Shown here: positions 62,041 through 64,000 of the stretch, piece by piece
Numbering within the stretch: position 1 is the stretch's first letter
Layout of the letters: each line of letters opens with the position of its first letter
Assembly (NCBI RefSeq): GCF_001194135.2
Contig: NC_068995.1
Location: forward strand, 28,956,734-29,020,733
Length of the DNA: 64,000 bases
Source: Octopus bimaculoides
Lineage: Eukaryota
Direction: 5' to 3'
Translations under genes and position numbers: made by a program
Notes under the pieces: model-generated
What the model was told of the DNA's origin: nothing
Databases searched by the model: none
What the model saw: only the letters and a program-made list of their open reading frames with translations

Positions 62041-62335
62041 TCTCCCTTAATTCGGTTTTATAGGGACGACGGCCGGGCAATATCAAGCAACACGAACGAC
62101 CACGCAATGGACAAGTTCAGGAAGGGTGTGATAAAAATCTTCAAAAAGTTCGGCCTGTCTATAACAATTTGACAAAGATCAATTTCCTCGATGTATACCC
62201 TAGACCTGAAGGCGGACAAGTAAACATTCCTTATAGGAAGCCCTACAAATAAACCAAGTATATCCACAGAAACTCCACACCCCCACCCCAACTATAATTA
62301 GAAACCTAGTCACAGGCATAAGTAGAACAATCTAG
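62035..62335 (+). mobile_element. Penelope-like RT fragment
   Basis: YRDDG, KIFKKFGLSIT, KINFLDV.TLDL, YRKP..KYIH.NS.HP..TIIRNLVTGIS; overlaps in motif with the start of the element at 1-60. Confidence 0.85.
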
Positions 62336-63064
62336 AATATCAGTGGATGGCTTAGATTTTTCTACTTATGCATGTGAATGCCGCAGGAATGTTGCAATTG
62401 ATCGTTTTCATGTGTTTGTTTGAAAACTAGCGTCGAATGCCGTTTTAATTTTGATATAACACTGTGCTTATATTCTTCGTTAGCTTTTTACTCACCAAGA
62501 AACTTTAGGAGAGTTTTGCTATAGAAATTAGATGTGGTCGAGATATGTTGACGTTTTAGAATTAATATATTTTTTATTATTTCATTATTTGTTTATTTTG
62601 ATAATTTGAATGAATTAATAAGGCGAATTACGTCTCCCGATTGTTTTTCTTGTTCATTATTCTATTTGATTCTCTGCGTGGCTCCAAACTTATCTCACCA
62701 TTTAGCAACATATTATAACTATCTTCTAATGAGCTGTGTTTACTTTAAGACGTAAAGAAAAGGAATTTGCTTTCTTTTCTGCTCTGATGTATGATCGTAG
62801 TGCAAGATAGCATTATATTAATTGCTACAAGACTGACAGCTTTAGTGAAAGAAGAGGGGAATAAATTCAAAACAGTCAGACAATAACAATAAAAAACGAA
62901 TATCAGTATAAGACAATAAATATCAAAACCTACAAAAGAAAGAGAATTATATCTTGATATATGTTGCTTGAACGTTCTCGGGAAAATTTAATTCATGAAA
63001 GCATTTTGATGTTATGAATGAATGTAAAATGAAAAGGGAAATTTATACAGCAGTATGTGATAAT

Positions 63065-63440
63065 TTGTTTCCTGCTACCTGTTTCATTTATTGGATTGCA
63101 GAGATTTTGAGCCATCGCACGTTAACAGTTTAATCGATCAGATTAAACCCAGGAGTTATTTTGGTGGTCTGGTGGGTCCACGCACGGGAAAACGCACGGG
63201 TCCACGCACGGGTCCACGCACGGGTCCACGCACGGGTCCACGCACGGGTCCACGCACGGGTACATCTGTGTTGAAGCCCTATGTATGTATACATATGTAC
63301 ATATGTATATATGTATAGTTACATAGGGCTTCAACACAGATTCCTACTATCGAATTCATCCACAGAGAATTATTCCGTCCTTGACTATAAAAGAAGATGC
63401 AGTGAAGATGAAACTATGGTGGCAAAGTGAACTTAACGAT
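63065..63440 (-). mobile_element. old SINE family A copy with a rearranged centre
   Basis: 3' tail homology at 63065-63160, 5'-half homology at 63320-63400. Confidence 0.5.
63174..63260. repeat. GC-rich 12-bp minisatellite GGGTCCACGCAC x7
   Basis: six perfect units plus one GGGAAAACGCAC variant. Confidence 0.96.
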
Positions 63441-63553
63441 TCATGCATGACTGCACGTATTTTTTTTTATTTTTTAAATTTTTTATTATTTTATTTTTTT
63501 TATAGTTTCAGCTTAGAGCTGCGGCCATGCTGATGCACCGCCGTATATACATA

Positions 63554-63961
63554 TTCTTTTATTCTTTTACTTGCTTCAGTCATTTGACTGCGGCCATGCT
63601 GGGGCACAGCCTTTAGTCGAGCAAATCGACCTCAGAACGTATTCTTTGTAAGCCTAGTACTTATTTTATCAATCTCTTTTGCCGAACCGCTAATTTACGG
63701 GGATGTAAACACACGAGCATCGGTTGCCATGCGATGTTGGGGGGAAAGACAGACACACACAGACAGACACACACACACACACATACATACACACACACGT
63801 ATATATATACTACGGGCTTCTTTCAGTTTCCGTCTACCAAATCCACTCACAAGGCTTAGGTCGGTCCGAGGCTATAGTAGAAGACATTTACCAAGGTATC
63901 ACGCAGTGGGATTGAACTCGGAACCATGTGGTTGGTAAGCAAGTTACTCACCACAAAGCCA

Positions 63962-63964
<3 letters not shown>
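63554..63964 (-). mobile_element. SINE family A, full length
   Basis: reverse complement collinear with 27412-27817; an extra 3'-tail fragment lies at about 63505-63543. Confidence 0.93.

Positions 63965-64000
<36 letters not shown>

Noticed and set aside
62496-62518. 23-nt minus-strand segment with good acceptor and GTGAGT donor
   Set aside because: Not frame-preserving and unsupported; it shows how often such sites arise by chance here and tempers the other exon calls.

Overview
Eukaryotic, AT-rich, draft-assembly DNA with many N gaps (e.g. 1772-2142, 13456-14350, 21864-22544, 25495-26154, 29524-30454, 31435-32274, 44472-44781, 50940-51482, 56273-56566, 59625-60226), saturated with microsatellites and decayed transposons. 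The tRNA-derived SINE families look like those of octopods; this is recognition from memory, not a database result. No intact protein-coding gene can be identified, and nearly all supplied ORFs are microsatellite or gap artefacts or TE remnants. Supported content: at least six Penelope-like retroelement (PLE) remnants, including a Naiad-type RT with no C-terminal endonuclease; R4/Dong-like (RLE), CR1-like, RTE and L1/Tx1-like LINE fragments; one Tc1 and one mariner pseudo-transposon; minus-strand Helitrons with intact termini; a TIR MITE; and about 15 SINEs. The most interesting signal is RNA-structural. Seven hammerhead-ribozyme (HHR)-like folds occur in the first 27 kb, mostly downstream of and co-oriented with PLE coding remnants. 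One (11269-11350) is fully canonical, several carry unusually large stem II inserts, and one has a non-canonical core. There are also several long fold-back palindromes tied to PLE ends and (TA)n arrays, and a perfect 37-bp hairpin inside a decayed LINE. A few possible exons of a minus-strand host gene are flagged at low confidence.
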